Source: a virus
Virus record (IMG/VR): IMGVR_UViG_3300032070_000002
Location: 1 to 64,000 of that record
Length of the DNA stretch: 64,000 bases
Strand: one strand, 5' to 3'
Under the pieces are notes generated by a model. That model ran no database searches. It saw only the letters and a program-made list of their open reading frames with translations, and was not told the DNA's origin. Positions within the stretch are counted from its first letter, which is position 1. Every line of letters begins with the position of its first letter. The translations under genes and the position numbers were made by a program. Positions 1 through 9,441 of the stretch are shown here, piece after piece.

Positions 1-1
1 A

Positions 2-85
2 TGGGTTGATACAAACGATTCCAATAGAGTTTATTTACTTTTTAAAAGAGGAACCGGTGACCAAGTATTAGTTGAATTATCATAA
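2..85 (+). CDS. 3' end of a virion-region gene truncated by the window edge
   Basis: Open frame WVDTNDSNRVYLLFKRGTGDQVLVELS ending in TAA at 83-85. Confidence 0.55.
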   Translation, partial: WVDTNDSNRVYLLFKRGTGDQVLVELS

Positions 86-130
86 AGGAATTTAAAATGA
101 AGAAACAATTATATCAGCGTAGGGGGAGTA

Positions 131-517
131 ATGGCAGGTCATATAAGACCACAATGTAAAGTTGGTTATTTTATTAATCCATTAATTATAGGATTATACG
201 TAATAACTGAATTAACTTTTAAACCAACTAATATAGAATTTTTTATATCTAAAAATGACGGTTTAAAAACTTGGTTTTGCGAGGGTCATGGTTGGGTAGA
301 TGAATTTTTAAATCAAAATTGTTCAGCTTGGACGGGTAATTATAGTAATACATTTAGAGGAGATATGAAAATAGATAAATGTTTATATGCTTTTAATGCA
401 TCTGGAATAATTCAAGTTGAAGCTACTTTAGTTTCTATGAATAATAATGGATTTACTCTAAATTTTACAGTAGCGGGTAATACAGCATTTACTATAAGAT
501 GGAAAGCAAGTTTATAG
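131..517 (+). CDS. Hypothetical protein, virion region
   Basis: 128-aa ORF with GGGGGAG RBS. Confidence 0.6.
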   Translation: MAGHIRPQCKVGYFINPLIIGLYVITELTFKPTNIEFFISKNDGLKTWFCEGHGWVDEFLNQNCSAWTGNYSNTFRGDMKIDKCLYAFNASGIIQVEATLVSMNNNGFTLNFTVAGNTAFTIRWKASL

Positions 518-528
518 AGTAAATAAAA

Positions 529-816
529 ATGAGATTAAGAAAAAGTATAGATACTTATAATAATCTTCCCGTAGCAAATAATTTTATAGGCGACGTAAGA
601 AGAGTTTTAGATACAAATTTATTTTATGTTTGGTCTTCACAAAACTCTTCGGATACTTTAGCTAATTGGAAGTGTTTAGGAATAGACGTAGAAGCAATTA
701 TCTGGGGTTCAATTACGGGCGATATTGAAGACCAATTAGATTTAGTAGATAAATTAAATGAAAAAGTAACTGGACATTATGATACTGACTATAAAACATT
801 TATACTAGAAAATTAA
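529..816 (+). CDS. Putative fibre-associated virion protein
   Basis: WGSITGDIEDQLDL motif typical of phage fibre proteins; C-terminal YDTDYK resembles that of the next gene. Confidence 0.5.
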   Translation: MRLRKSIDTYNNLPVANNFIGDVRRVLDTNLFYVWSSQNSSDTLANWKCLGIDVEAIIWGSITGDIEDQLDLVDKLNEKVTGHYDTDYKTFILEN

Positions 817-834
817 GATTTAAGGAGGTGACAA

Positions 835-1299
835 ATGGCAGATTATAGAGTACCGGTATTAGAGAATTTTGAATGGCAACAACCCGTTAAGGATAGAATT
901 ACGCAAGCAACTTTAGAAGGTCTAACCCCCGCAAAAGGTGATAGATATTTACTTACAGATGGCGCTAACGATAAAAAAATTGCGTATTGTTCTAATGCTA
1001 CAGGTCCTGTATGGACATATACTATACCCTCAGAGGGAATGATAGTTTGGGTTAATGATGAAGATAAATACTACCATTATACGGGAGCGGCGTGGGCTGA
1101 GTATTTAGGACAACAGGGACCAACCGGTCCAACAGGCCCCCAAGGCGGAGCAGGTCCAACCGGGCCTCAAGGCGGAACAGGTCCTCAAGGTGGAACAGGC
1201 CCTCAAGGTGGAACAGGTCCAGCAGGTCCAACAGGACCAACAGGTCCAACAAATCAAACTTATGATGCAGATTATAAAGCGATAATAATAAGTTTGTAA
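835..1299 (+). CDS. DUF2793-like domain plus collagen-like fibre protein
   Basis: GDRYLL..IAY..W..P.EGMIVWV.DE..Y.YTG..W pattern; 16 Gly-X-Y triplets; AAGGAGGTGA RBS. Confidence 0.75.
   Translation: MADYRVPVLENFEWQQPVKDRITQATLEGLTPAKGDRYLLTDGANDKKIAYCSNATGPVWTYTIPSEGMIVWVNDEDKYYHYTGAAWAEYLGQQGPTGPTGPQGGAGPTGPQGGTGPQGGTGPQGGTGPAGPTGPTGPTNQTYDADYKAIIISL
1108..1251 (+). repeat. Collagen-like (Gly-X-Y)16 coding repeat (GPT/GPQ/GGT)
   Basis: Tandem 9/18-nt repeats such as ggtcctcaaggtggaaca. Confidence 0.9.
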
Positions 1300-1323
1300 T
1301 TAAAATATTAAGAAGGAGAAATA

Positions 1324-2307
1324 TTGAAAGTAATACTTTGGCCATATAAATATATTGATATGAAAGAATCTTGGTATCAGCAAATGATATGGTTGGCCGA
1401 AGCTTTTAAACTTAATAATATAGAGGTAAAGAAACATCCAAATTTTATATGTAAAGGTTTGGACTCTTTACCTCTATATAATTTTAGACAAGATAAAGAA
1501 GTAGATATTTGTATTTATAATCACGCAGCAATATTTCATTTAACCGGTAACATTTTAAAATCAAAAATGAATTTATTTTTTAAACCCACTATTCCAGATG
1601 AATTTCATACTACATTAGATAGCGAGGGCTATGGTCCCTTTTCTTCAATAACATTTAGGAAGCCTAATTTTGAAGAAATAAATAAAGAAGACGTAAAATT
1701 ATTTTTTGAAACAAAGGTTAAAAATTGGCTTATTAATAAAAATACAAAGTGGGGTAAGTATTTTGAGAATAAGGAAGAAGAAATAAATTTAAAGGATTAT
1801 TATTTAGTATTAGGACAAGTAGAAAATGACGAGGTGGTAAATAGAACGCATCCGGGAAGTTACTTATTGAAATTAAATTTAATTGTAAAAGAATTAAGTA
1901 AGTTAACAGATAAAAATATTGTAGTAAAATTACATCCGTATATGAATAATGCGGAAACAATAAAGATTAAATTAGAGGCTATAGATAAAAAAATAAGGGC
2001 ATTTACCGGTAAGATAAACGTTCATAGTTTTATAGAAAATGCAGAATGTATATTTTTAGCTAATTCGGGTAGCGGTTTTGAAACAATGATGCACGGTAAA
2101 CCTATTATTTCTTGGGAATATCCCGAATATCATTGGGTTACATATAATTTAACAAGAAAAGAAGATTTAAAAAAAGCTATAGAACTAAAATGGTTTGATA
2201 AAGAATTACAGGATAAATTTTTATATTGGTATTTAGAAAAATATTGTTTTTATAATCAAGAAACGGCAAGCAAAAGGGTAAGTGATATATTAAATGGTAG
2301 ACTATAA
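1324..2307 (+). CDS. Capsule polysaccharide synthesis (KpsS/KpsC-like) glycosyltransferase
   Basis: LGQVEND, VVKLHPY and NSGSGFETMMHGKPII motifs of the Capsule_synth family; TTG start with AAGGAG RBS. Confidence 0.7.
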   Translation: MKVILWPYKYIDMKESWYQQMIWLAEAFKLNNIEVKKHPNFICKGLDSLPLYNFRQDKEVDICIYNHAAIFHLTGNILKSKMNLFFKPTIPDEFHTTLDSEGYGPFSSITFRKPNFEEINKEDVKLFFETKVKNWLINKNTKWGKYFENKEEEINLKDYYLVLGQVENDEVVNRTHPGSYLLKLNLIVKELSKLTDKNIVVKLHPYMNNAETIKIKLEAIDKKIRAFTGKINVHSFIENAECIFLANSGSGFETMMHGKPIISWEYPEYHWVTYNLTRKEDLKKAIELKWFDKELQDKFLYWYLEKYCFYNQETASKRVSDILNGRL

Positions 2308-3550
2308 AGTTCCAGTATTAGAAAATTTTCAATGGCAAAAACCCGTAAAAGATAAAGATTTATCTACATCTCCGGGAGGAGAAGCAAAAGGAGATAGATA
2401 TATAGTAGCAACAATCGGTTCTGGCGCTTGGACAGGGCATACTGGCGATATAGCTTTATATAACGGAGCGACTTGGGAATTTATAACTAAAACTGAAGGA
2501 ATGGTAGCTTGGGTAGAAGATGAAAATTTACTATATATATTTAATGGAACTACTTGGATAACGCATAATTTAGATAAAATAACATATAATTTAATGTTAG
2601 CCTTCTTTAAAATATCTATTCAAGGAGGATTAGTAAAGTATAATTTAGTTGATGGTATAATGGATGAGTTTGAAGATGAGTCAGGAGTAGATGTAGGAAC
2701 ATCTACAAATGAAAGTTATGACGCAGTAAATGATTTATATAGTCCGTCTACTTCAGATATTCTAAAAGATAATAGGTGGGTAGCAGTAGATAATAGGGTA
2801 GGTTTAAGTAGAACTTTTTCTACTCTTTTAGCATATCCGGTCACTCCTTCTACTAGTTTTCCTTTATCAAAAATAGATATACAATTAAATAAAGTAAATA
2901 CGCCTACCGGAAATATGTGGGTTGAAATATGGAGTGATAACGGTAGCGACGATCCTTTAGCGCAGATAGGAATAGATAGTTCTATATTAGATGTTTCTAC
3001 GGTAGGTTCGGATACTACTCATACATTTACCTTTTCTACGCCTATTACGCTTATATCCGGCACAAAATATTGGATAGTTTTAAATGATAATAGAGGTACA
3101 GACGATGTTAATTATATTGAATGGTGCGGAAATATTGCTACATTAACTACTAAGGGTCATTATTACAATGGTGCGGTTTGGTATAATTGGAACGACGTTA
3201 CTTTTAATTATAAATTATATTCTATTCAAATAAATAATATGACTTTAGTTTCTAACGTTACTGTAGCAGAAGCAGTTCCAACTCGATCACGTATAGTAAT
3301 TATGGAAGAAGACGTAGATTCTATAAACATAAATACAGATTTAAAAGCATATATATCAAGAGATAATGGCTCTAACTGGACACAGCATACTTTAACAGAT
3401 GAGGGAGATTACGATACCGGGAAAAGGATTTTAGTTTCAGAAGCAATAGATATTTCCGGACAACCCTCTGGAAGTAATGTAAAATGGAAAGTAGAAACAC
3501 TTAATAATAAAGACCTTAAACTTCACGGCATAGGTTTAAATTGGAATTAA
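2294..3550 (+). CDS. DUF2793-like N-terminal domain fibre/receptor-binding protein
   Basis: N-terminus paralogous to 835..1299; beta-rich central domain; YISRDNG..W BNR-like motif. Confidence 0.65.
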   Translation: MVDYKVPVLENFQWQKPVKDKDLSTSPGGEAKGDRYIVATIGSGAWTGHTGDIALYNGATWEFITKTEGMVAWVEDENLLYIFNGTTWITHNLDKITYNLMLAFFKISIQGGLVKYNLVDGIMDEFEDESGVDVGTSTNESYDAVNDLYSPSTSDILKDNRWVAVDNRVGLSRTFSTLLAYPVTPSTSFPLSKIDIQLNKVNTPTGNMWVEIWSDNGSDDPLAQIGIDSSILDVSTVGSDTTHTFTFSTPITLISGTKYWIVLNDNRGTDDVNYIEWCGNIATLTTKGHYYNGAVWYNWNDVTFNYKLYSIQINNMTLVSNVTVAEAVPTRSRIVIMEEDVDSININTDLKAYISRDNGSNWTQHTLTDEGDYDTGKRILVSEAIDISGQPSGSNVKWKVETLNNKDLKLHGIGLNWN

Positions 3551-3551
3551 A

Positions 3552-3695
3552 ATGATTAAACGATTAATAAGTGTAGAAAAAAGAAAAGAAATTAAAAAGT
3601 TTGAAGAATTAAAAGAAGAACTTATAATTAAATTAGAGAAATTAGGTTTAACGAAGGATGAAATATCCTTATTAATAAGAAAGGAGAAAGGATAA
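3552..3695 (+). CDS. Small protein, possible fibre chaperone (not in ORF track)
   Basis: 47 aa with KLEKLGLTKDEI motif, seen in small proteins after fibre genes; stop overlaps the next ATG. Confidence 0.45.
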   Translation: MIKRLISVEKRKEIKKFEELKEELIIKLEKLGLTKDEISLLIRKEKG

Positions 3696-3871
3696 TGAGT
3701 AAATATACTATTGAAAAGGTTGGAGTAGCTTGGATTAAACAATTTAAAAACGGTAAGGAAGGATTAAAACTTTCTATTAATAAAAAGATTTATACTGCTT
3801 ATAAGAATACAAAAAAACAAAAAGAAACTGATCCGGATTATGTAATAGTTTCTTTTATAGATGTAGTATAA
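3695..3871 (+). CDS. DUF736-like small protein (not in ORF track)
   Basis: 58 aa, VGVAW...KNGKE...PDY pattern; AAGGAG RBS. Confidence 0.55.
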   Translation: MSKYTIEKVGVAWIKQFKNGKEGLKLSINKKIYTAYKNTKKQKETDPDYVIVSFIDVV

Positions 3872-3885
3872 TTAGTAGGTTAAAA

Positions 3886-4884
3886 ATGAAAGAAACTGCA
3901 CACTTCTTAACCGATATTTATAAAACAAAATTTATAGATACGGATAGAGAAGAAAAGAGATTTGAATTAGTTTTAAATAAATACTTAAAAGCTTGGGAAA
4001 AACAAGTTCAAAACAATATTAATAAGAGATATAAAAAATCTCTTTCTTACAAGTCTTTATTTAAAGCGTTAGACCCTAAAGATATAGAAGCTATAGCAAA
4101 ATTTAGAGTAGGCGGCGCCTCAAAACGATTAGCTTCTTTAGGAGTAGCCGCAGCAAATAAAGGATTAGACCAAGCTTATAGAGATATGAAATTACTATTG
4201 TCTTGGAATATAGAAATGTCGCCTATAGCAGATTTTTATTTACAACATTATGACGAATTTACGGATTTACTTTCTACTAGTTTACAAGATAGAATTAAAA
4301 AAATTATAGCAAGATCGATAGAAGAGGGATTAACTACTACGGATGTTCATAAACAAATAAGTGAAACTTTTAGTCAACCTATAATTGTTTCGGTTCCAGA
4401 AAAATTAAGCGAAGAAGGTAAAACAATTAGAAGAGCTTATGAATATGAAATGAATAAAGACGTTTATACAACTATGGTAGCTAGAACGGAAATACAAAGG
4501 GCTTTAAATAACGGAAGGATATACGGTTACCAAGAAGCTAACATAGCAAAGAAATTAAGGTGGATAGCTAATCCCGGGGCTTGTGAGTTCTGTATAGAAA
4601 AGAACGGTGAAATATTTAACGTAGAAGAAACACAAGATTTAATTCCACTCCACCCAAACTGCAGGTGCACTTTCATAGTTAGCGAATATAAAACTTTTGA
4701 AGAATCTACGGAACCAATAGATTTATTTGATACTTCTAAAATAGTAACGGATCCAAACGGTATAGGCATTATGGATTTTATAAAATTAAGTAATGAGGAA
4801 TGCGATACCGTTATAAAAGAAATAGATAGTAAGGGATTAGATGTAGCTATGAAATTATTAAGAAGATTATCGGGAGGAAAATAA
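3886..4884 (+). CDS. MuF/SPP1 gp7-like minor head protein
   Basis: VARTE, W...ACEFC and PLHPNCRC motifs. Confidence 0.9.
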   Translation: MKETAHFLTDIYKTKFIDTDREEKRFELVLNKYLKAWEKQVQNNINKRYKKSLSYKSLFKALDPKDIEAIAKFRVGGASKRLASLGVAAANKGLDQAYRDMKLLLSWNIEMSPIADFYLQHYDEFTDLLSTSLQDRIKKIIARSIEEGLTTTDVHKQISETFSQPIIVSVPEKLSEEGKTIRRAYEYEMNKDVYTTMVARTEIQRALNNGRIYGYQEANIAKKLRWIANPGACEFCIEKNGEIFNVEETQDLIPLHPNCRCTFIVSEYKTFEESTEPIDLFDTSKIVTDPNGIGIMDFIKLSNEECDTVIKEIDSKGLDVAMKLLRRLSGGK

Positions 4885-5183
4885 TGTTAACTATTCAATA
4901 TATAATACCTGCGGATTATGATAGACAAAAAACGTTATTAGTAGCAGGTGTTTTAATAAAGAGTTTAGTAGAGATTATAAAGGATGTAAATAAAAATAAA
5001 GAGTATAGTCCTTCGGATTTTGTATTTTATCCACTTAATACTTTTCAAATTGCTAAAACAAAAAAGATGTTAATAAGCGGTAGGGGATTAGGTTTAAAAA
5101 TTTTAAATAAAATAGATACTAAATTTTTAGACACCTTAAAAGGAATAAATTTAAAAGTAAACAGAATGGAATTTAAAAAATGA
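4884..5183 (+). CDS. Hypothetical protein, head module
   Basis: 99-aa ORF translationally coupled on both sides. Confidence 0.6.
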   Translation: MLTIQYIIPADYDRQKTLLVAGVLIKSLVEIIKDVNKNKEYSPSDFVFYPLNTFQIAKTKKMLISGRGLGLKILNKIDTKFLDTLKGINLKVNRMEFKK

Positions 5184-7003
5184 CAAATTTCTTTCAATGT
5201 GAGGAATGTTTAAAGGAATTTATTTCTCAAGCAGATAAACTTTTTGTTTGTAAGTTTTGTAAGACAAGAGGAAGGGTAAAAAGAATAGAAATAAAACTAT
5301 CAAAAAATATTTCTGAATTAAAAGATAATCAACTTTTAGTTGAACATTATCGTATTCATAAATTATATAGTATGAATATGAAGTTAAAGAAAATGAATTT
5401 AAAAGAAAATATTTTTATAGACGAGATAAAAGAAAAACATAATAAGGTAATAGAAGAAATGAAAACACGAAAAATAATACATAAAGTTTTTAGTAAATTA
5501 GATTTAGAGAAGTACGGCACCTCAGAAGGTGCAATAAGAGCTTGGGATACCCGGGGAAGAGGCAGAAAAGAACCTGAGAAAAAAGAAAGAGTAAGAGGAC
5601 ATATAAAAGAAGTTACCACTAGACAGGGAAGAGTAGCGCAAATACAAGAAGATATTGATACTACGCCCGAAGTTGCTTGGGAAGTAGAAAAAGCTATTTC
5701 AAGTTTTACCGGTACCGGTTATAAGGATATAAGAAGATTACAAATAAATTCAACAATAGAATATTCTACGGATAAAGGAGATATAGAATACGGAAAATTA
5801 CTTGAAGAATATATAGATAAGGCCCCTAAATTTAATGAGCCAATATATAGAGGAATTTCTAATAAAGCTGCTACTGAAAAAATGAGAGCGGGAGATGTTG
5901 TAGATATGAAAGGAACTTCCTCTTGGTCAAGTGATGAAAATATAGTTGGAAGATTTGGATTAACAATTTTTAGAACAAAGAACCCGGGTAAAGCTACTTC
6001 TATTAGTCATTTAAGCGGTGAGAGAGAAAAAGAAGTTTTAGTTTCTAAGCAACAACGTTGGAGGGTAGTAGATATAAGTAGGGAAACTATTAATACGTAT
6101 CGTTCGGCCTCTTACACCGGCGTAAAAATGCAAGCGGAAGCAACTATGATTAGCGTAGAACCAATTATTAAAACGAAAAGTTTTGAATTAGAAATTAAGA
6201 AACAATTAAGGAATAATGTAATTAAGGATAGGATAGAATCCGATAAGTATTTAACTATTTATAGAGGCGATAAGATAGTATACGATTATCGAGGCCAACT
6301 TAATCCTAATCAAATTCCTAAACTACTTCCAAAACAAATTCTTAAATACGGCACCTCAGAAGGTGCTATAAGAGCTTGGGATACTCGGGGAAGAGGCAGA
6401 AAAACTGAAAACAAAAGAAGAGGTCAAAGAGTAGCGGTAGGTACAATATCTACTTTATCCGGAAAACAAATAATAATAGAAGCAGACGGAAAATTAATGG
6501 GAGATTATATAGATAAAGTTCAAGAAATGAAAGATGTAGCAGACGCTATAGGGGAAGCTACAGAGGATACTACTATAGTTAATTTACGAAATGAATTATT
6601 AAGGTTAGATATTGAAAGGACTTTTTTACATAATCAGGTAACTAATGAAGCTACTAAAAAAATATTAGAAAATCATTCGGAACTTAACGAATCGTCTTTA
6701 GATATAGTTGTAAGAAATAAAGTACAGAGTATGGCGGATAAGGTAATATCGCATACAAGTAAATCCTTTAAAGGCGTACAGAGTATTATAAATTCTTTAA
6801 TGGTATATAGTTATAAAAGTTGTCCTAAACAAATAAAAAAGAAAATTCAAAGAAGAATGTTTTTATACGAAGTTCAAAAGATGCAAACCGTACCCGAAAT
6901 GAGTCAAGAGATAAAAGCACCCTCTCAATTTGGACTTCCTAAGAAGAGTAAAAAGAAAGTACCGAAACAAATTCGTAACAGAAGAATAGAAAAGAGTAAA
7001 TAA
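5180..7003 (+). CDS. Multidomain head-associated protein with R-S-E ADP-ribosyltransferase domain
   Basis: IYRG, SSWSS and EKEVL motifs (VIP2/Alt-like); N-terminal CxxC..CxxC; duplicated YGTSEGAIRAWDTRGRGRK. Confidence 0.75.
   Translation: MTNFFQCEECLKEFISQADKLFVCKFCKTRGRVKRIEIKLSKNISELKDNQLLVEHYRIHKLYSMNMKLKKMNLKENIFIDEIKEKHNKVIEEMKTRKIIHKVFSKLDLEKYGTSEGAIRAWDTRGRGRKEPEKKERVRGHIKEVTTRQGRVAQIQEDIDTTPEVAWEVEKAISSFTGTGYKDIRRLQINSTIEYSTDKGDIEYGKLLEEYIDKAPKFNEPIYRGISNKAATEKMRAGDVVDMKGTSSWSSDENIVGRFGLTIFRTKNPGKATSISHLSGEREKEVLVSKQQRWRVVDISRETINTYRSASYTGVKMQAEATMISVEPIIKTKSFELEIKKQLRNNVIKDRIESDKYLTIYRGDKIVYDYRGQLNPNQIPKLLPKQILKYGTSEGAIRAWDTRGRGRKTENKRRGQRVAVGTISTLSGKQIIIEADGKLMGDYIDKVQEMKDVADAIGEATEDTTIVNLRNELLRLDIERTFLHNQVTNEATKKILENHSELNESSLDIVVRNKVQSMADKVISHTSKSFKGVQSIINSLMVYSYKSCPKQIKKKIQRRMFLYEVQKMQTVPEMSQEIKAPSQFGLPKKSKKKVPKQIRNRRIEKSK
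5513..5569 (+). repeat. 57-nt direct repeat, copy 1 (YGTSEGAIRAWDTRGRGRK)
   Basis: 55/57 nt identical to 6347..6403; both differences synonymous. Confidence 0.95.
6347..6403 (+). repeat. 57-nt direct repeat, copy 2
   Basis: Matches 5513..5569. Confidence 0.95.
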
Positions 7004-7037
7004 ATTGTTCTAAAAAGTGTTTTTATTATCAGAAGAG
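7001..7037 (+). promoter_or_regulatory. Candidate late promoter motif, copy 1
   Basis: TAAATT..TTCT..AAGTGTTTTTATT..GAAGAG shared with 9442..9474. Confidence 0.4.
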
Positions 7038-7043
7038 GAGATA

Positions 7044-8264
7044 ATGGAACAAAAATATTCCTATAATGGTTTACGTTTTAAATTTTATGCTCCTACTACT
7101 ATAAAATCTAATACGGAAGAGGCTTGGGTAATTAGAGGCTACGCCGCAACAAGCGATTTAGATAGACAGAACGATGTAATTTCTCCCGACGCTTTAAAGA
7201 AAGCTGCAGAAGAGTTAAAGAAAAATACTACGGTATTTTACGAACATAAACACGATCAGTTTCCTATAGGTAGGGTATTAGATACTGGCGTAGATAGTAA
7301 AGGTTTATGGGTAGAAGTTTTAATTAGTAAAACTGCAAAAGAAGTTTGGACTTTAATTGAAGAAGGTGTTTTAAATAAATTTAGTATAGGTGGGAAAGTA
7401 TTAAAAGCAGATTCTAAATACGATAAAGTTTCTAGTATAGGTTATAATTATATTACGGATTTAGAATTATACGAGATTTCTATTGTAGGATTACCCGCTA
7501 ATCCTAAAGCTTCTTTTTCAATTATAAGTGGTATTAAAAAAGCTTATTTAACACAAGAAAAATTACAGAATGTATTAGAAAAATTGGGGGGTGAAAAAAT
7601 AATGGCTATAGAGAAGAAAGATGATATTAAAACAGAACCTGTTATTGAGAAAAAAGAAGAGGTTATAGAAAAAAAAGAAGAACTTAAGCAGGAAGAGACT
7701 CCTAAAGTAGAAGAGAAAAAAGAAGAGGTAATTGAAAAGAAAGAGGAGTTAAAAGTAGAAGAACCTCTAATAGAAAAAAAAGAAGAAGTAATAGAGAAAA
7801 AAGAAGATTCTACTCCGGCTGAACCAATTGAGAAGAAAGAAGAGCTTAAAGTAAAACAGGAAGAACCCGTTAAGGAAGAAGAACCGGTAGAAGAATTTAT
7901 AGACTTAGAAGTGGAGTTAAAAGCTTTAAAAGACGCGTTAGCTGAAATATTAGTTGTTGTAAAAGACATACAAGCTAATATGAATAAAAAAGAAGAACCT
8001 AAAAAAGAAGAGGTTAAAGAAACAAAATTAGACCTTACCGGCGTTGAAGATATTATAATGAAAGCGTTAGATGTAAAGTTAGGTAAGATAAGATTAGTTC
8101 CTTCAAGAAAAGGTACTATAATTAAGATGGATGTTGATTTGAAAGATGAAGAGGTAAAGGACGGAGTAGATGTAATTTTAGACGAAGAGAAATTTAATGC
8201 TTTACCGAAAGAAAAACAGAAAGCATTAGTAAAGTCGTTTTTAGTAAATATTATAAAATCCTAG
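7044..8264 (+). CDS. HK97-family prohead protease fused to scaffold domain
   Basis: IRGYAAT..LDRQND, FYEH, FSIGG and LYEISIVGLPANP motifs; Glu/Lys-rich C-terminal half; ATG 7044 after GAGGAG preferred to GTG 7017. Confidence 0.92.
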   Translation: MEQKYSYNGLRFKFYAPTTIKSNTEEAWVIRGYAATSDLDRQNDVISPDALKKAAEELKKNTTVFYEHKHDQFPIGRVLDTGVDSKGLWVEVLISKTAKEVWTLIEEGVLNKFSIGGKVLKADSKYDKVSSIGYNYITDLELYEISIVGLPANPKASFSIISGIKKAYLTQEKLQNVLEKLGGEKIMAIEKKDDIKTEPVIEKKEEVIEKKEELKQEETPKVEEKKEEVIEKKEELKVEEPLIEKKEEVIEKKEDSTPAEPIEKKEELKVKQEEPVKEEEPVEEFIDLEVELKALKDALAEILVVVKDIQANMNKKEEPKKEEVKETKLDLTGVEDIIMKALDVKLGKIRLVPSRKGTIIKMDVDLKDEEVKDGVDVILDEEKFNALPKEKQKALVKSFLVNIIKS

Positions 8265-8293
8265 TAAATTTTTTAAAAAGGAGGAAATGAAAA

Positions 8294-9325
8294 ATGTCTG
8301 ATATTAGAAAAGCGTTAGCAACAGCGGGCGATTTTAAAATTGATGATCCGTCGGGTGCTGGCTATTTGCCTAAACCTTTAGCTGACGAGATAGTTCGTTA
8401 TATAACTGAAATCAACTATTGTCGTTCATTATTTAGAACAGTTATTATGGCGAAGAAAACTTTAGATATTCCGGTTTTAACTTCTGGACGTTCTACTGCT
8501 GGTGCAGGAGTTTATTATGTGCCTACACAGGTAGATATTTCTGGAAAATCGGATCAGATCGGTCCTAAGTTACACGCAGTAAGACTAGAAGCTAAAAAGC
8601 TAATGGCTTACGCAAACGTAGATAACGATGATATCGAGGATGCCGCGGTTGACGTGGTAGATTTATTACTCGAGTCCTTCGGAGAAGCTTTTGCAGAAGC
8701 TGAAGAGTTAGCTATTATGGCTGGCGATGTCGGTTTTGGAACTGCGGACGATCCGAGGAAAGCTTTTGATGGTTTAGCTGAGTTAGCAGCGGATGCTTCA
8801 ATGGTACAGACAGGTGTCGTAGTTGAAACAGCTTCTGGTTCGCAAGAAATAAAAGGTATAGAGGAAACCATTTCTTTAGGTATAAAGAAATTGGCTAAGT
8901 ACGGAAGAAATAGAGCGAAGTTAGTTTGCTTTATTGATTCTACTATTGCTGAATATTTAAGGCGTTCTCGGAGGTTAGTTAGAGAGACCTGGCTGGAAGG
9001 TGGCCGCAATGCTGAAGGTGCTTCTACCGAACCCGGAATGGCTGACAAGCTTTACGGAGTTGCAACATATGAATCTGCTTACATTGACTACGTAAAAGCG
9101 GGCAACAAAGGCGCGGTAGGTACCGGCATTCTTGTTCCAAAAGATGAACCCTTAATTGGTGATAGGCGTAAAATAAAGATAGTTAAGAAAGAGTTAGAGG
9201 AACACGATAAAATCCGTTTTGTTATAAGTGAAAGAATTGACTTCACAGTAAGACACAAAGCTTATAACTCGGGTATGGCGGGCAATGCTGAAGCTGTTTG
9301 CTTACTTAAATTTAACCTAAGTTAA
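8294..9325 (+). CDS. Major capsid protein (HK97 fold)
   Basis: GAGYLP..LADEI, LEAKKLMAY and ERIDF motifs; follows the protease; strong RBS and downstream terminator. Confidence 0.92.
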   Translation: MSDIRKALATAGDFKIDDPSGAGYLPKPLADEIVRYITEINYCRSLFRTVIMAKKTLDIPVLTSGRSTAGAGVYYVPTQVDISGKSDQIGPKLHAVRLEAKKLMAYANVDNDDIEDAAVDVVDLLLESFGEAFAEAEELAIMAGDVGFGTADDPRKAFDGLAELAADASMVQTGVVVETASGSQEIKGIEETISLGIKKLAKYGRNRAKLVCFIDSTIAEYLRRSRRLVRETWLEGGRNAEGASTEPGMADKLYGVATYESAYIDYVKAGNKGAVGTGILVPKDEPLIGDRRKIKIVKKELEEHDKIRFVISERIDFTVRHKAYNSGMAGNAEAVCLLKFNLS

Positions 9326-9350
9326 ACTTAAGTTAACCTGAAAAACAAAT

Positions 9351-9381
9351 AGGGCTCAATGAAAGTTGAGCCCTTTCTTTT
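9351..9381 (+). terminator. Rho-independent terminator after capsid gene
   Basis: agggctcaat-gaaa-gttgagccct stem with GNRA loop, then ttctttt. Confidence 0.85.
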
Positions 9382-9441
9382 GCTCTTTTAGTAAAACTTT
9401 ACAAATCCGTTGCGGTTAAAAAATTAGAAAGTAGTAAAGAT

